Notes: generated by a model not told the origin, from the letters alone. Counted from the first letter of the stretch, positions 1 through 12,451 are shown. The stretch is DNA of 64,000 nt from the human T2T-CHM13v2.0 reference genome, Homo sapiens (GCF_009914755.1 NC_060934.1); one strand, 5' to 3'. Numbers and translations: made by a program.

Positions 1-1982
1 GCTGACCTTTCTTCCTGGAGAGTTTGAGGTCAGGCAGACTCCTTGAAAACAATGCCCCATTTAATATACACCCTTAAGCCTGAATGGTAACATTTGCATA
101 TTTTTACTGATTCCTCACCCAAATTATTTTCCTCTTCAATGAACCTGTCCTTCCAGGACATCCATCATGGGTTGGATGCCACCCCATCTCCCATCTGGGT
201 TAGCTTTCCCTTCTAGCAGGACATGTTAGCCAAGTAGGTTTCAAATTGTTCTCATTGGTCATTCCCCACAATCTTCCAACTAGGTAGTGCCACATCCATT
301 CTGCAGAACATGTGTGGCAGAAGCATAGCAAAACCTACCAGTGCCAAGATTCCACTCTGTTGGACAGATTCCAAATGGAGCTTCCTTTCTGTGAAGCAAG
401 GACCCTCACGCACAGTTCCTTCCTCCTCCGGTAATGTCTTCCCCCTCCTCTTTGCTTCTTTCCCATCCCTCTATCTCTAAACACTTCCTACATTCACACC
501 CACCCAATCTCTCTGAAGAATTCATCCTGCCTCTCCCTAGCTGCACCAGCCTGCAGTTCTTTCTGCATTCTCTGCTGAATTCTTACTGGCATTTGTGGTA
601 ACTGTGCTGGTAACTGTCTTATACTGGACGTAGTACTTGGTGTGGTTAATTTTCTTTTTCTATATAGAGGTATTGAGTTCAGTATGCTATCAGCTCTGAA
701 AAATGGGGCCTTGTCTACCTGTCCCTACAGGGTCGAGAAGAATACTGCACACAAAGGTTCACAAGAAGAATAGTATTTGTGTATGGATTATGTCAGGAAA
801 AAAAACCCATGATAACAGTCCTCAACCGGGCTTTGAAAACAGCAAGTATGTTCCTCAATTCTAGTTTTGCTTTGGTTTATATTTTAGATGTGAACCTCTA
901 GCTAGAAATCTAAGGGCATATTTCACAGAAAATACTAGAAAATGGCATATAAAAATGGATGGCAGAAAACTTTTTCAAGTGGAAAAGGAAGAAAGGAAGG
1001 AAAGAAAGAAGGGCAGACTACCTGGTGGTATAGGCCCTTATATCTAGAACTCTCACTCAATGCTTCCAACACTTTTTCATAAACCACAAAACCAGAAATT
1101 TACTGTTCAATAACAGAAACATATGGTGTGGAGCTTTCTAGCTTTTTCTTTTTTCTTTTTTTTTTTTTTGATGGTAAAGAGGTAGCAAGGAGAGAGGATC
1201 TAGTTGGGGAGGTGGGTAGGACAAGAAGAAGTGGGAGTGAATGTTTTCAAAAAGCTTTTGGTAGATAAGGACTTTCTCTCATTCATTTTTAAATTTTCCT
1301 ATTAAAATATGTACTTTATAGCTTCTCGACTTTACAAGAGGCATGTTTTTTGATGGAAACATATTCTGGTGTGCACAGTGATTAGGTCCATTAGTGGATA
1401 AATTCAGCGTTCACTCAAGAGACCATGCCACAAGACCAAATCCACTACTTTTATTGGAAATACTGGGGCTGAGAAAGAGAGTAAATTCATTAATGCTAAG
1501 CCTATACAAAGCAGTTTGCTCTTTTTGTCTGTTTCGTATTGTACCATTGCAGAAAGGTTGAGTGTACCTCCGCTACTAAAACAGTCCATGTATCCAGGGA
1601 GCTTGCTAATCAATTTTAGAGTCAACAGAGCCCCAGGACACCGTTAAGAAATTCAAGGTTTTCAGGGATAGTTGAAAAAGAAAACAAATGACTGGGCATG
1701 TTCCTCTCTGTGTTTCCCTTCCACTGCTTGGAAGAGGACAAACAGTGTTCACTGGCGACGGACAATGTGATGCTCCATTGACTTCTTTCCAGCACAGTTT
1801 AAGCTATCAGGTCAGCCTTCTGTTCACTGAAAGACATTTGTGTTTCTACATACCTGTACTCACGATTAAAGGGCACTGAATCACTCTAGACCTTTAACAG
1901 CACTAAATGGGCTATTAGGCAAAATTGAAATTGAATTCCCTACAATTCACAGCTGAGAAATACATGGCCACTGAATAATTAC

Positions 1983-2022
1983 CTCATATCCCAGACACTT
2001 TCTGGTGTCTTTTAGACTGACA
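1983..2022 (-). other. Candidate spliced exon (40 nt; alternative donor gives 1854-2022)
   Basis: Minus strand: ctttttccctttttgccttctttttccag|TGTCAG...GATATGAG|gtaatt; a second donor CAG|gtatgt lies at 1854. Motif evidence only. Confidence 0.3.
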
Positions 2023-2059
2023 CTGGAAAAAGAAGGCAAAAAGGGAAAAAGCTAATACT

Positions 2060-2240
2060 GATGAAGCATTTTTTTGAGTTCAGCATGGTGTTAAGCAGTT
2101 TATTAGTTTATTTAATCCTCGTGAGATCCTTCAGACAGGTGAGTTTTTATGCTTCTTTTACAGGAGAAACTAAGGCTCAGGTAGGTAAGAGAACCTTGTC
2201 ACCATGAGATAATGTGCTGTGGCCATGCAAGATGCTAGTA
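2060..2240 (-). mobile_element. MIR SINE fragment
   Basis: tttaatcctc...ttttacaggagaaactaaggctcag matches the reverse complement of the MIR core. Confidence 0.7.
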
Positions 2241-2429
2241 AAACATCCCTCCATAAAATCTCTTTATTAGACAGGAGAGAAATCTGATCATTACACTTTC
2301 CTTCTTTTCTAACTTCTGTTTTCTTGCTTGTTAAATGAAGAATAATGACATCCCCAAGTGGTTGTTGTGAAATACAAAGAGAATAGCTCTTGTTATCTGT
2401 ACATTTGTAGTTCCTTCTGCCTGACTTTT

Positions 2430-2745
2430 CGCATAGCTGTCTCCTACTCATCCTTTAGTTCTCAGCTTAAATGACACTGCCTCCAAGAGGCCTTCCCAGA
2501 TTATCCACCTGAGGTCTCATCAACCTCATTATCACATCACAACTCACTATCACATTTCCCGTTTATCACCTTAATAGCACCTATCACAATCTATGATTGC
2601 CTCATTACTATCCCTCCTCCCCATCAGAATAAAGCCTCCGTGAAAGACAAGAGCATTCCTATATTGCTCATGTTCTATGCCTACTACAGTGCCTGGCATA
2701 TAGTGCTACCCCCAAATACTAGTTGAGTGAATGCATGAATGACTG
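2430..2745 (+). mobile_element. L2 LINE 3' end
   Basis: ctcagcttaaatgacactgcctcc...aggccttccc...cagtgcctggcatatag...gttgagtgaatgcatgaatga is typical of the L2 3' terminus. Confidence 0.75.
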
Positions 2746-4249
2746 AAAGAAAATGCACCTATAATTTAGAACTACTAAATAAATGAAAGTTCCCTTCTAT
2801 TTCCCACTTTCCCTCTGACTGTTTTTGGGTTCACTTCCATTTGACCTCTTTTCATCTCAGTCACCAGTGATCCTGTATCATGTTACACTGAACTTCAGTT
2901 GATGCAGGAGAGGAAAGCTGACTTTGCTCCTGCTCTGTAGCAAAAGGACTTGGACTGTTTCTCTCTCGTCTCAGGGAAGAGGCCTGTCTATACTGGGCCT
3001 GAGTACAGGACATGTAAGTGGGTACAGATCAAAGATCTGGTGACACCCTGTGTCTGTGGAAAGGTGGAGATATTTAACAATGGGAGGGAAGAAGTGGCTT
3101 CTATGGTGCAGAGAAACTTGCCCTGACCTCCTTCATCCTTTTCAGGGAGCTTCTGAAAATGTTTCTCCACAGTGCCAATCTGCCCTTAGCTTTTGGGGAC
3201 ATGCAATGGCTAAAAGCCCTTGTTGGATACTGAACTTCTAAACTCAAGTTATGTCCTCAAGGCTCAGCATCTATCCAGGGCTCAAGCAGAAATTAAAGGT
3301 TGCCAAGGGCTAAGAGCATGGGAAGAGGCTTTGGGTGTTTTTGGTTGGGCTCTGCTCTCCTTGCATGAAATTGCTAACCATTCAAAGTCAAGTTGAGGTA
3401 AAAATGAATGGTCTGAACACCCCCTTAAAGTCCACCAAATTTAAAGCAAGCAGGCTTTCTCCATGAAAGTCGGCTTCTCTTTTACTTAGGTAACCTTTCA
3501 GTAATCATAGATCAAAGCCCAGGCTGAACGTTTCTATCCTTTGGGAAACTTTCTCTGGCTTCCTTGGGCATATAGGAGAGTTCTACCCTTTCCCACAACA
3601 CCATCTTTTGCCTCTATCAGGGTTTATCTATCTTGTGGAATAGTCACATTCTTATGTGTCTTGCAACCACATCCAGCTGTTGGTCCCTGGAGGCAATGTG
3701 TCTCATACATTTTTGGACCCTTCAATCAAGATCTTTGTATCTTGCTAAATGCTAGGAATATACCAAGTACACAATATATAAAGTAGGAGGTATGTTTGAA
3801 TAATAAAGTTTTGGAGATAAAAGGGTCCCAACTCATAGTTTGATATTTTATGAAGCCCAAAGAAAGATAAAGTTATTGCCCAAGGTAGCCACAAAGTAAC
3901 AGATAGGATCTACTCAAATAAATATTATTTATTACTTGAAATTACATCATCATGAAAAAGACTTCCCAAAAGTTTTAAAATGTAAAGCAATTTGAAATGC
4001 TTTCTATCTAATTATAATGCTTAGACTTTATTTAAAATCTTTCACAGTTTCAAGGGACCATATGCTTTATGCTTCTAAGAATTTGTCAAATAGTTGTTGC
4101 CCTATAAATTAAGTATTGGTTCTTCTATTACTCTTGAGAATACATGCTTCGTGAATACTAATTTGGGTTAATTTTTTGCCACTTTATATTTGTGTGTTTT
4201 GACAAACCACTGACCAGACAATAGGTATATAGACTATATTAGATATACA

Positions 4250-4426
4250 TATTTTTAATTTTAAACTTTTAATTTTTATGGGTACATAGTAGGTGTATAT
4301 ATTTCTGAGGCACATGAGATATTTTGATACAAGTATGCAATGTGTAATAATCACATCAGGGTAAATAGGGTATCCATCACCTTAAGCACTTATCCTTTGT
4401 GTTACAAACAATCCAATTATACTCTT
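4250..4426 (-). mobile_element. L1MA-type LINE-1 3' end, 5'-truncated
   Basis: atgggtacatagtaggtgtatatatt...gggtatccatcacc...acaatccaattatactc; flanked by direct repeat TATATTAGATA (4235-4245 and 4427-4437), the TSD. Confidence 0.85.
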
Positions 4427-4499
4427 TATATTAGATAACATTTGATTTGAGACATCTTCTAGTCCTAAAATTATCTGCCTCCATCAACTCTTCTATGTT

Positions 4500-4800
4500 G
4501 ATTTCATCTTTAATGAACATTTATTGGATGTTTAATGTATCCCAAGCATTATGTCCAGGATTCTCTACCAGGTACTAGGAAAATAATATACTGTCTTATA
4601 AATAAGATAGACAATCCAGTTCTCAAGTTACTCACAGTCTAACAGTCTAATGGAGGAGTCAGGCATTAAAAAAATGATTTTAATGAATGTAAAATACTAC
4701 AATAGAGGCATGTACTTAATATTGTGGAAGCAGAGAAAAGGGAATAATAACCTGCCTGTGGGGAATTAGAGAATGCTGCCTTCTAAATAACCTTTTAAAT
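4500..4800 (-). mobile_element. L2 LINE fragment
   Basis: aacatttattgga...aaataagatagacaatccagttctcaagttactcacagtctaa resembles antisense L2 3' end. Confidence 0.6.
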
Positions 4801-5157
4801 AAAGTGGAGATGGAAGTTGAGGATCAAAAACTTATCAAGAATTCACTCAAAGTAAATGAAAATATTTGTCCTGCTAAGGAAAAAAAAATAGACAAGAGGA
4901 AAGCCTATAAAAATCAAATCAGTATCTCAAGGTGATGAAACAATTCTGTATATTCTTAATCTCCAGGTAGTGTGGTCTTGAATTATAGGGACTTTATTTA
5001 AAAGTACATGATGGATTTAATGATAGTAAATGATTAAAGTAAATACTTGCCACTTGCATCTTCCTTTCCAGATAGATGGGAAACCATACTGCCTATATTT
5101 AGATTTTTCCTGTTTAATGTCACTAAACAAAGCATTAATCTTTTCTTAAGTAGACTG

Positions 5158-5591
5158 TGTTATGGGTTGGATCTATATATTGAAGTCCTAAGCCCCAGTA
5201 CCTCATAATATGACCTTATTTGGAAATAGGATCATTGCAACTGTCATTAGTTAAGGTGAGGTCATACTAGAGTAAGGTGTGCCATTAACTCAGAATAACT
5301 GGACTGGACATTTTGACCCAGATATGCACACAAGGAGAATGCTATGTGAAGATAAATGCAGAAGTTATAGTCATTCTTCTACAAGCCAAAGAATGCCAAC
5401 AATTACCAGAAAACTACCATAAGCTAGGGGAAAGGCATAGAGTAGATTTTTCCCCAAAATCCTCAGAAGGAACTAACCGTACCAATGCTATGAAGACTTC
5501 TAGCCTGCAGAGCTGTGAAACAATAAATTTCTATTGTTTAAGCCACCCAGTCTGTGGTACTTTGTTACAGCATCCCTGGCAAACTCATACA
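5158..5591 (+). mobile_element. MLT1B-like MaLR solo LTR
   Basis: TGTTATGGGTTG start, gaccttatttggaaatagg, AATAAA poly(A) signal, tttaagccacccagtctgtggtactttgttacagc...ATACA end; 5-bp TSD gactg/aactg. Confidence 0.88.
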
Positions 5592-7039
5592 AACTGTAAA
5601 TTCTTCTTGGAAACATGATGAAGGATCATGGAAATTTTAAACTAGATTTTACACAGTACTGGAATATCAACTTCACTGAGAAAAATAATACCTAAAGCAG
5701 TTAATTGAGAGATTGCTACTCATTTCTAAGTTTATGTAGTAACTCAGGGCATTCAAACATATAATAAATAATTTTTTTCAATGTTAACTTCAGGTCAGTC
5801 TAGTATTTGGCTAAAAAATAAAATACAGTTTTATATCTCTTCATCCTAGGTTCTTAAGTTACCTGTATGTGTGTTTATCTCTGTGTGTGTGTGTGTCTGT
5901 GTGTATGTGTGATTCTTTGGAAACTTAACTCTATGATGACTTTGAGGCCTCAAAATAATTGCCATTTAGCAAGAGAATTTCTCTTTAACTTTTCTTCCTA
6001 AGGTACAATATTGACCATCATCTTAAACAAACAAACCTTGAGTATGTAGAACAATGAAAAGAGTGCCAAGCTAGATGTCTGGAAACCAGGAGTCTAGCCT
6101 CATTTTGGTCCTAATAAACTGTGTGGCCTTGGACAAGTGCTTAATTTTCAAATAGCTATTAGCTCAAGAAAAATGCGGGCCAGAGCAGCTTTTGATATTG
6201 CCTATGATCCACTATTTGCAAAAATAGCTAATATCCATGCATTAAAATGAAAAAGAGCTCAGCAGAAAGCTTGTAGAAACAGCACTGGAAATCGATATCA
6301 TCAGCAAGGGAAAGAAGTGATGACGAGAAAAATATTCCTTTATTTTCTTCTATTTAACAAAAGAATCTCTGCTTACCATTTTCCTCTTCTTAGTGTACAA
6401 GGGCAACTTTAAAATGTGAGTTAACAAAAGCGAATGATTCAGAGCTAATATTTTGTTGTCCCTAAAGTTACAGCAGCATCAAATGATTTTATAGCCCACT
6501 GGGGCCAGAAAAATCACTTGGAAGCAGAGCATACCTACATGAGCAAGTTGTACTACATAAAGTGACAAATGATCTTAGACAATTACAGAAACATTTATAT
6601 CTCAATCAGTACCCTGGAGACAGCTGATAATGTTTGCACATACTGCTAAAACCGTCAGCAATAAGATGTGAGGAAAACCCAAACCAGAACTTTTTACAAA
6701 TTATGAGGTTCTGAAAAAGAGCAGAAACCTCTGTGGTAACGGCTTACATTAACAATACAGCTGCCTCTTAAAGCTCCTCAAGTCATAAAACACTAACAGC
6801 AAAGAACTGAAAAAAAAATGTGCACACTACAAGGAAAATGAACGTCAGTGAAAATGGACTTCACAAGGAGTATGGTGGCTGCCAAACTAAATGCTGAAGA
6901 CTGGCAATCCCCTGATACAAAATCAGAGTCAACCATGACATGCTCATAGGGAAGGACATCAGTGGGCCTGTTTATCTCATCCATACAGCATGGTGCCTAA
7001 AGGTGGTTCAAACTGGAATGGCTGGGTTCAAACCACTAG

Positions 7040-7200
7040 CCATGGCTTGGGCAAGTAGCTAGTTTCTTTATCTGTAAAATATGAATAATGGCAGTGCTCA
7101 CGATATAGGCTGTTATGAAGATTAGATGAGATAGTATAGGTAAAGCATTTCGAAGAGTGCCTCCTAATTGAATACTCAATAAATATTATTACCATAACTC
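7040..7200 (+). mobile_element. MIR SINE fragment
   Basis: ttgggcaagt...agtttctttatctgtaaaat...gaagattagatgagatag...tactcaataaatatta. Confidence 0.75.
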
Positions 7201-7354
7201 CTATTATTGCTACTAGTAGGCAATGAGCCCTTGTCAAATAAAACAAGACCGTTTTTCCAAATATTTAATTAAAACCAGAATGTATTCTAGAATGCCAGCA
7301 ACTGAATTCAAGAGTTGTTATTTAGGCACAAATCCCTAAATTTAAATTTTGTTT

Positions 7355-7650
7355 ATTTATTCATCTCGTCATTGATTTACATAACAAATAATTCTTGAGT
7401 ATAGTGCTAAGGTAGTGTCCTAGCACTAGGGTTCCAACAATGAATAAGATATATAGTCTCTGAACCCAAAGAGCTCATCCTAGTTGTGGAGAATAGACAG
7501 AAAATTCCAAGGATCCACATTTGAACTATGTGGCTCAAGCTATGTGCAGTGCCAGTAAAAAGAGTGAGGAGAGAGGCAAGAGGATCACTTGATCCAGAAT
7601 AGGTGGGTGCAGGGGGATGGTCAGGCATTATTCCCTAGAGATGATAGCTG
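7355..7650 (-). mobile_element. L2 LINE fragment
   Basis: tttattcatc...aacaaataattcttgag...aacaatgaataagata...agagctcatcctagt, antisense L2 3' end. Confidence 0.6.
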
Positions 7651-8346
7651 GACTCAAATGTGGGGTAATCCTGTTTTAGTTAGAATACAGATGGCCAATC
7701 GAATTGAGGGTAATAGCCAGAATACCTTGAATCCCTTAGTATTGTTGACAAAGAGCCTAAAATATGTTCTTAAAGTTAATGCCTGTCTTTATTTATTTAT
7801 TTCTACTATTAGTAGTTGCTTACACAATCTTTATATGTCATAATTGTATATTATTTGCTTGTCAAAGGAAATATTACTCTTAATGATTGCAGCATACAGT
7901 TATAAATAATAATTTACTTCAATCAGTCACACTTGTGTAAGGTATTTTGGGATACATGGAGTCCTAGGGCTTCAGGTCAACCACTACTGGCCAGTAATGA
8001 GGTTCTCTAAATTGAAACCCTGGGGCAGAGCTACTCTGCCACACCATTGTGTAACTGGGGTTTAGTTATGCCACAGTCAGGCATGAGGTAAAGGTGATGA
8101 GTTCTGTATCCATTGTTAGAAGGAGAAGACAAAGAGGGAGAAAAGGACATTCACTATGAGCAGATGGGATGCCAGGGAGAGATATTAGGTGACATTGTGG
8201 GAAGTCTGATTGTCCTGACCAATATACCCATTAGAAGGACAAGCTAAACTGGAGAAAAGCAACAGTTCCTTTCTGAATATGGGGAGACAGCTATCATTGA
8301 AAAAAAGTCCCACACCAATAAGCAAAAATAAAAAATTCTGTCATGA

Positions 8347-8476
8347 GGGCCGGGGATAGTATAATAGCTCACACCTGCAATCCCAGCATTTTGGGAAGCT
8401 GAGGTGAGAAAACAGTTAGAGCTCAGGAGTTTGAGACCAGCCTGGGCAGCATAGGAAGACTCTGTCTCACAAAATG
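8347..8476 (+). mobile_element. FLAM (free left Alu monomer)
   Basis: ggccggg...gctcacacctgcaatcccagcattttgggaagctgagg...aggagtttgagaccagcctgggc...ctgtctc; perfect 15-bp TSD AAAATTCTGTCATGA (8332-8346, 8477-8491). Confidence 0.92.
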
Positions 8477-9247
8477 AAAATTCTGTCATGAAATTGATCA
8501 ATGTTTATGTTAACATAGACATATGACAGACATTTTAGAAACAGCCTTGGAAATTTTTCAGTGAAAGCACACAAATTGTGAATGGGCTTCCTATTGTTCA
8601 ATTCAGCTTTCCTTCCTTTGCAACCCGCCTCCACCTTTAAAAACGAGCAACAGGCTCAATATCTTCAAAGAATGGAACTGTGTCCCACCCTAGTTCTGCA
8701 CAGGAAAAATAGCACAGAACATTTTTCTCCCTTCTTATTGAGTTGTGACCCCAAAAGTGTATTTTTTAAATTCAAAGAGTCCTCCAAACATTTGGTAATT
8801 TAAACATTTGGTTTAAAAATATATGAACAAACTAGGTTGCATTTGTTAGAAATCAAGACCACTTGGGAAAAAATAGAGACGCAAAGAATGTTTGAGCACA
8901 GTGGATGCTTCATTCTTTTTAAAACCACATTTCACTTGCTCAATGAAAAATAAAAAAACCTTCTTTTATTTTTAAAACCCCTTTCAAGCTGACATTGTCT
9001 ATGACCAAGCCATAGCCTAGAGCACAATTTTACAGCTGAGTAACAAACCTCTTAAAACTCAGATTTATAATGGAAATGCTGTCCGAGAGTTAATTACAGT
9101 GGACTCCAGTAGGGTACAATTTTTTTCATCAGTTTGGAGTTTGGAAAGCTCACTAGCCTGACGCAACCATATTTATCTCAAACCTCAGACTCCATTATTT
9201 CATTTTGTTGGGCTGTAAGGCAAGGCCAGTGAGTAGGTCCCTCTTAC

Positions 9248-9323
9248 CTTTGCTTTATAGCCTCAGTTTGCCTGAAGCTTTCAGAAAAGGAAAAGTTTTT
9301 TTCAAAAAAGTCCAGGCTCTACA
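9248..9323 (-). other. Candidate spliced exon (76 nt, or 24 nt with proximal acceptor at 9271)
   Basis: Minus strand donor AAG|gtaagag; acceptors ...ttttaatttcccacacaacaccag| after a long T-rich tract, and ...ttttccttttctgaaagcttcag|. Motif evidence only. Confidence 0.3.
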
Positions 9324-9671
9324 CTGGTGTTGTGTGGGAAATTAAAAAAAATAAATAAAAGAAAGAAAAAAAGAGTCCAAGATCAATAACAGGAACTTTA
9401 AATTAGGATAGCCTAATGGCAGGAAAGAACTCCTGCCTGCTCTTAGGGGAGAAAGCACAAACACACTCAAGAAAAACAAAACCAAAAAATTTTTAAAAAT
9501 CTTAACAACTATCTTTAGACTTCTTTTAGGACTTTGACAGGGTAGGGTTTACTCTTCCTAGGAGGTCTGTTTTCCAAAAGCACACCTGGTGCCTCATCAA
9601 TGACTACAGAATTTAGCTTGTGACCTAACTAAGAGACTAACTGAGACAATTTACCAACCTTTTGCTCTAAG

Positions 9672-9836
9672 CCAGTGCCTCTCAAATACTGGAATCACCT
9701 GGGGGAATTAAAAAAAAATGCCTGAGTCCCAACACTAGTGATTCAGATTTAATTAGCTTGGGTGCAGCCTGGGTGTCAGGAGACTTAAGAGCTCCCTAGT
9801 GGATTCTAATGAGCAGCCAAGACTCAAAACCAATGC
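9672..9836. mobile_element. MER5B-like hAT-Charlie DNA transposon
   Basis: cagtgcctctcaaa...ggaatcacctggggg...gatttaattagcttgggtgcagcctggg...gattctaatgagcagcca. Confidence 0.75.
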
Positions 9837-9842
9837 TCTCGC

Positions 9843-10000
9843 CCTTTCTTTAAAGTGGGGACCATGGACCAGCAACATCAGCAACACGTGGAGGCTTATT
9901 AGAAAGGTAGAATCTCAGGCTCCACCTGCTGAGTCAGAATCTGTATTTTAACAAGATCTTCAGGAGATCTGCATGCATATTACACTTTGGGAAGCATTGC
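9843..10000. mobile_element. MER5A1-like hAT-Charlie DNA transposon
   Basis: aaagtggggaccatggaccagcaacatcagc...agaatctcaggctccacc...gaatctgtattttaacaagatc...tttgggaagcattg. Confidence 0.8.
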
Positions 10001-10730
10001 CTTTTGCTACAGCCATTCCAAACAATTTCCTGGCAGTCTTGCAAGAATTCCAAAATACCCACTGAAAATATGATCTGCTTAACATTCCTTGAAATAAAAA
10101 TAGATAGGGAGTGTTCCTTGATCCGATTAGGAGTTGAAAAGAACAACAGGATGAGACTGATGGAAAGAGCTTGGTGCATTTCAGGTAAAGGCAGAAAGCT
10201 TTAACCTCCTTAGAGAGCAAAAAGTAGAACTAGATTGCTTTTGCTCAGCACTCACAAATTAGCAACAACAAAAAATGCTCTGGGGTGGGCTCAAAGAAAA
10301 ATGATTTTACCAAACATCTAATGACTAGCATAACATGATCATTGATGAATCATAACTCATTTCAGCCACTGTTGCTCCACAACTCCCTAATCATCCCACT
10401 TCCTGGCTCTGTATCTCCCCTGGACCAGGAGCATAGAATTTGACTTTCAGTTATCCAGTAACCTAACGAGAATGTATGTCAACTATGTTGACAACTAGTC
10501 AACATGATTTATAATAAAACTGACCCTGGATTGGTAAGTGGCATCTAGACTAATACAACTACAAATAACTGATAGGAACCACAGTTTTGGTCTTTCTGAG
10601 TGTAGAGCTCTTGTAACTGGATGTGTCCTTTACTGGGACTTTGAAAGCTATGCTTATAGATTTGCTGTAAGAGCTACTGGCTTCTTTGAGGGAAATAAGG
10701 CTTTTACACCAGGAAAACTCCTGCACTTAC

Positions 10731-10786
10731 CTAGTATGCATCTCATCTCTTTGCACATGAGCTGCTATGGGCTGCTGCAAGGCCTC
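10731..10786 (-). other. Candidate spliced exon (56 nt)
   Basis: Minus strand: ttatttcttacctatag|GAGGCC...CATACTAG|gtaagtg; open in frame 0 (EALQQPIAAHVQRDEMHT). Motif evidence only. Confidence 0.35.
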
Positions 10787-10919
10787 CTATAGGTAAGAAA
10801 TAACCATCACTGCCCTTCTAGGAAGCCATGTTCCCGTACTACGTCCCTTTAGAGTAGAATGGTGAAATGGGCTTATGAATATGAATGTCAAGTTGAACCA
10901 AGAACTCTTGATGCAGAAT

Positions 10920-11110
10920 GTGCAACACAGAGTTTTTTTAACATAGCATAAACTGGGAACAAACTAAATGCCTTTGAGTTGTTAAATAAAGTATGGTCCA
11001 TTGATAAAATGGCATATATACAGTTCTAAAAGCTCATGTTTTTGAAGAATATTTAATGTCAGGGAAAATAAATGTTCATGATACATTAAAAAATGTGAGA
11101 GTGGATATAT
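10920..11110 (+). mobile_element. Old L1M (L1ME-like) 3' fragment
   Basis: aacatagcataaactgggaacaaactaaatgcc...gttaaataaagtatggtccat...aatgttcatgatacattaa. Confidence 0.6.
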
Positions 11111-11189
11111 GGTACATATATACCATATTTATTTTATAAAACACACAAGGAGTTTCAATAAAAAAGCAGATAAAGAGAGTAAAGCAGCA

Positions 11190-11560
11190 TGTCAGACACC
11201 TTATGTATTGTCATCTTTTCACTCCCTTCTTTTCCTTGCAGAAACTCATTTTCCTCACTCAAATAATGTGATTCATGTCATTCTGGTCATCACAAAGTTC
11301 AGTGCCCTGGCCACAGTGCTCAGCCTGGGATCCAGGCTGATTAATAGAGGTATCTTATCCCCTTTTCCACAGTGACTGTTTGAGGCATGTGGCTCAGATA
11401 GAGACAATCAGAGTCATTCCTGGGGATCTTGACTGTATAAATACTGGGACATATAAATTGAGGCTCTTGAAATATCTTTGGATAGAGAGATGAGAAAATA
11501 CTTGCTGCCAGTGCCCAGGTTCCTATGATGAGGGAAGCAGCAGCATTCTATGGGGTGCTC
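11190..11560. mobile_element. Ancient ERVL/MaLR LTR relic (LTR33/LTR16/MLT1-like)
   Basis: ccctggccacagtg...ccacagtgactg...gacaatcagagtcattcctgggga motifs typical of old LTRs; subfamily uncertain. Confidence 0.45.
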
Positions 11561-11865
11561 AGGTACAGACAGTCAGGTGGCAGAAGTGTTATATAGTTGC
11601 ACAATTAAAGAAATACTGAATTAAAGAAGGGTTTATTGCAGGACTTCTTTGATATACATATTAGCACTAGCATAAGGAGAGGACGCAGTATACAGTGTCT
11701 GTCAAATTTACTTAAACATCAAAACCTTTCTTTTTTCTTTTCTGTTTCTTTTTTCTTTTTTGAGAAAACCTGCTAGCATCTCTGCTTATGTGATTGTTCT
11801 TAGAAGACAAAAAATATATGCTGCTCCAAGGAAATAATGGATCCATCTATGGGTCAATATTTTTA

Positions 11866-11867
11866 TG

Positions 11868-11909
<42 letters not shown>
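11866..11909. repeat. (TG)n microsatellite
   Basis: About 22 TG units with one CG interruption; followed by TA-rich low-complexity sequence at about 11955-12032. Confidence 0.95.
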
Positions 11910-11911
<2 letters not shown>

Positions 11912-12210
11912 TTGCTCCACTTTCTAAATTTCTTACACCTAAAGTTATGTTGAATACATACATACATATATAAAGTATATGTATATAGTATCTTATACAT
12001 ATACATATGTATATCTCATATATATTTATATATAGTCTGTTTCTATAAGTGAAACAACCCAAGTACTCTTTATTTGCATAAATGAATTAGTAGTATTTCT
12101 AACATATATTAATAGTTTCTTATTGCCCAAAGTTTAGAATCAAGAGTCCCTTTCCTTTTACCCATGGAAACACACAGATTTTATTTTTAATTTCAGTTCT
12201 CCATTACATG

Positions 12211-12451
12211 TTTTTTTTTAAGCTTTTATTTTAAGTTCAGGGATACATGTGCAGGTTTGTTATAGAGGTAAATAGTGTGTCAAGGGGGTTTGCTGTACAG
12301 ATTATTTTGTCACCCAGGTAATAAGCATAGTACCCGATAGGTAGACACATGAACACATATGTCCATCACAGCACTATTCGCAATAGTAAAGACATGGAAT
12401 CAACCTAAATGCCCATCAATGGTAGACTGGAGAAAGAAAATGTGGTACATA
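12211..12451 (-). mobile_element. L1PA-type (older L1PA) fragment with 5' inversion
   Basis: 12211-12344 is an antisense L1 3' end with poly(T); 12343-12451 is a sense-oriented upstream piece (acacatg...cagcactattcgcaatag...aatgtggtacata). Confidence 0.85.

Noticed and set aside
2975-3013. Plus-strand 39-nt exon-like unit (ctctctcgtctcag|...|gtaagt); likewise a 7-nt unit at 37921-37927 and an acceptor at 63431
   Set aside because: Isolated, with no consistent plus-strand chain. They show that pseudo-exons arise on both strands here, which is why the minus-strand candidates get low confidence.
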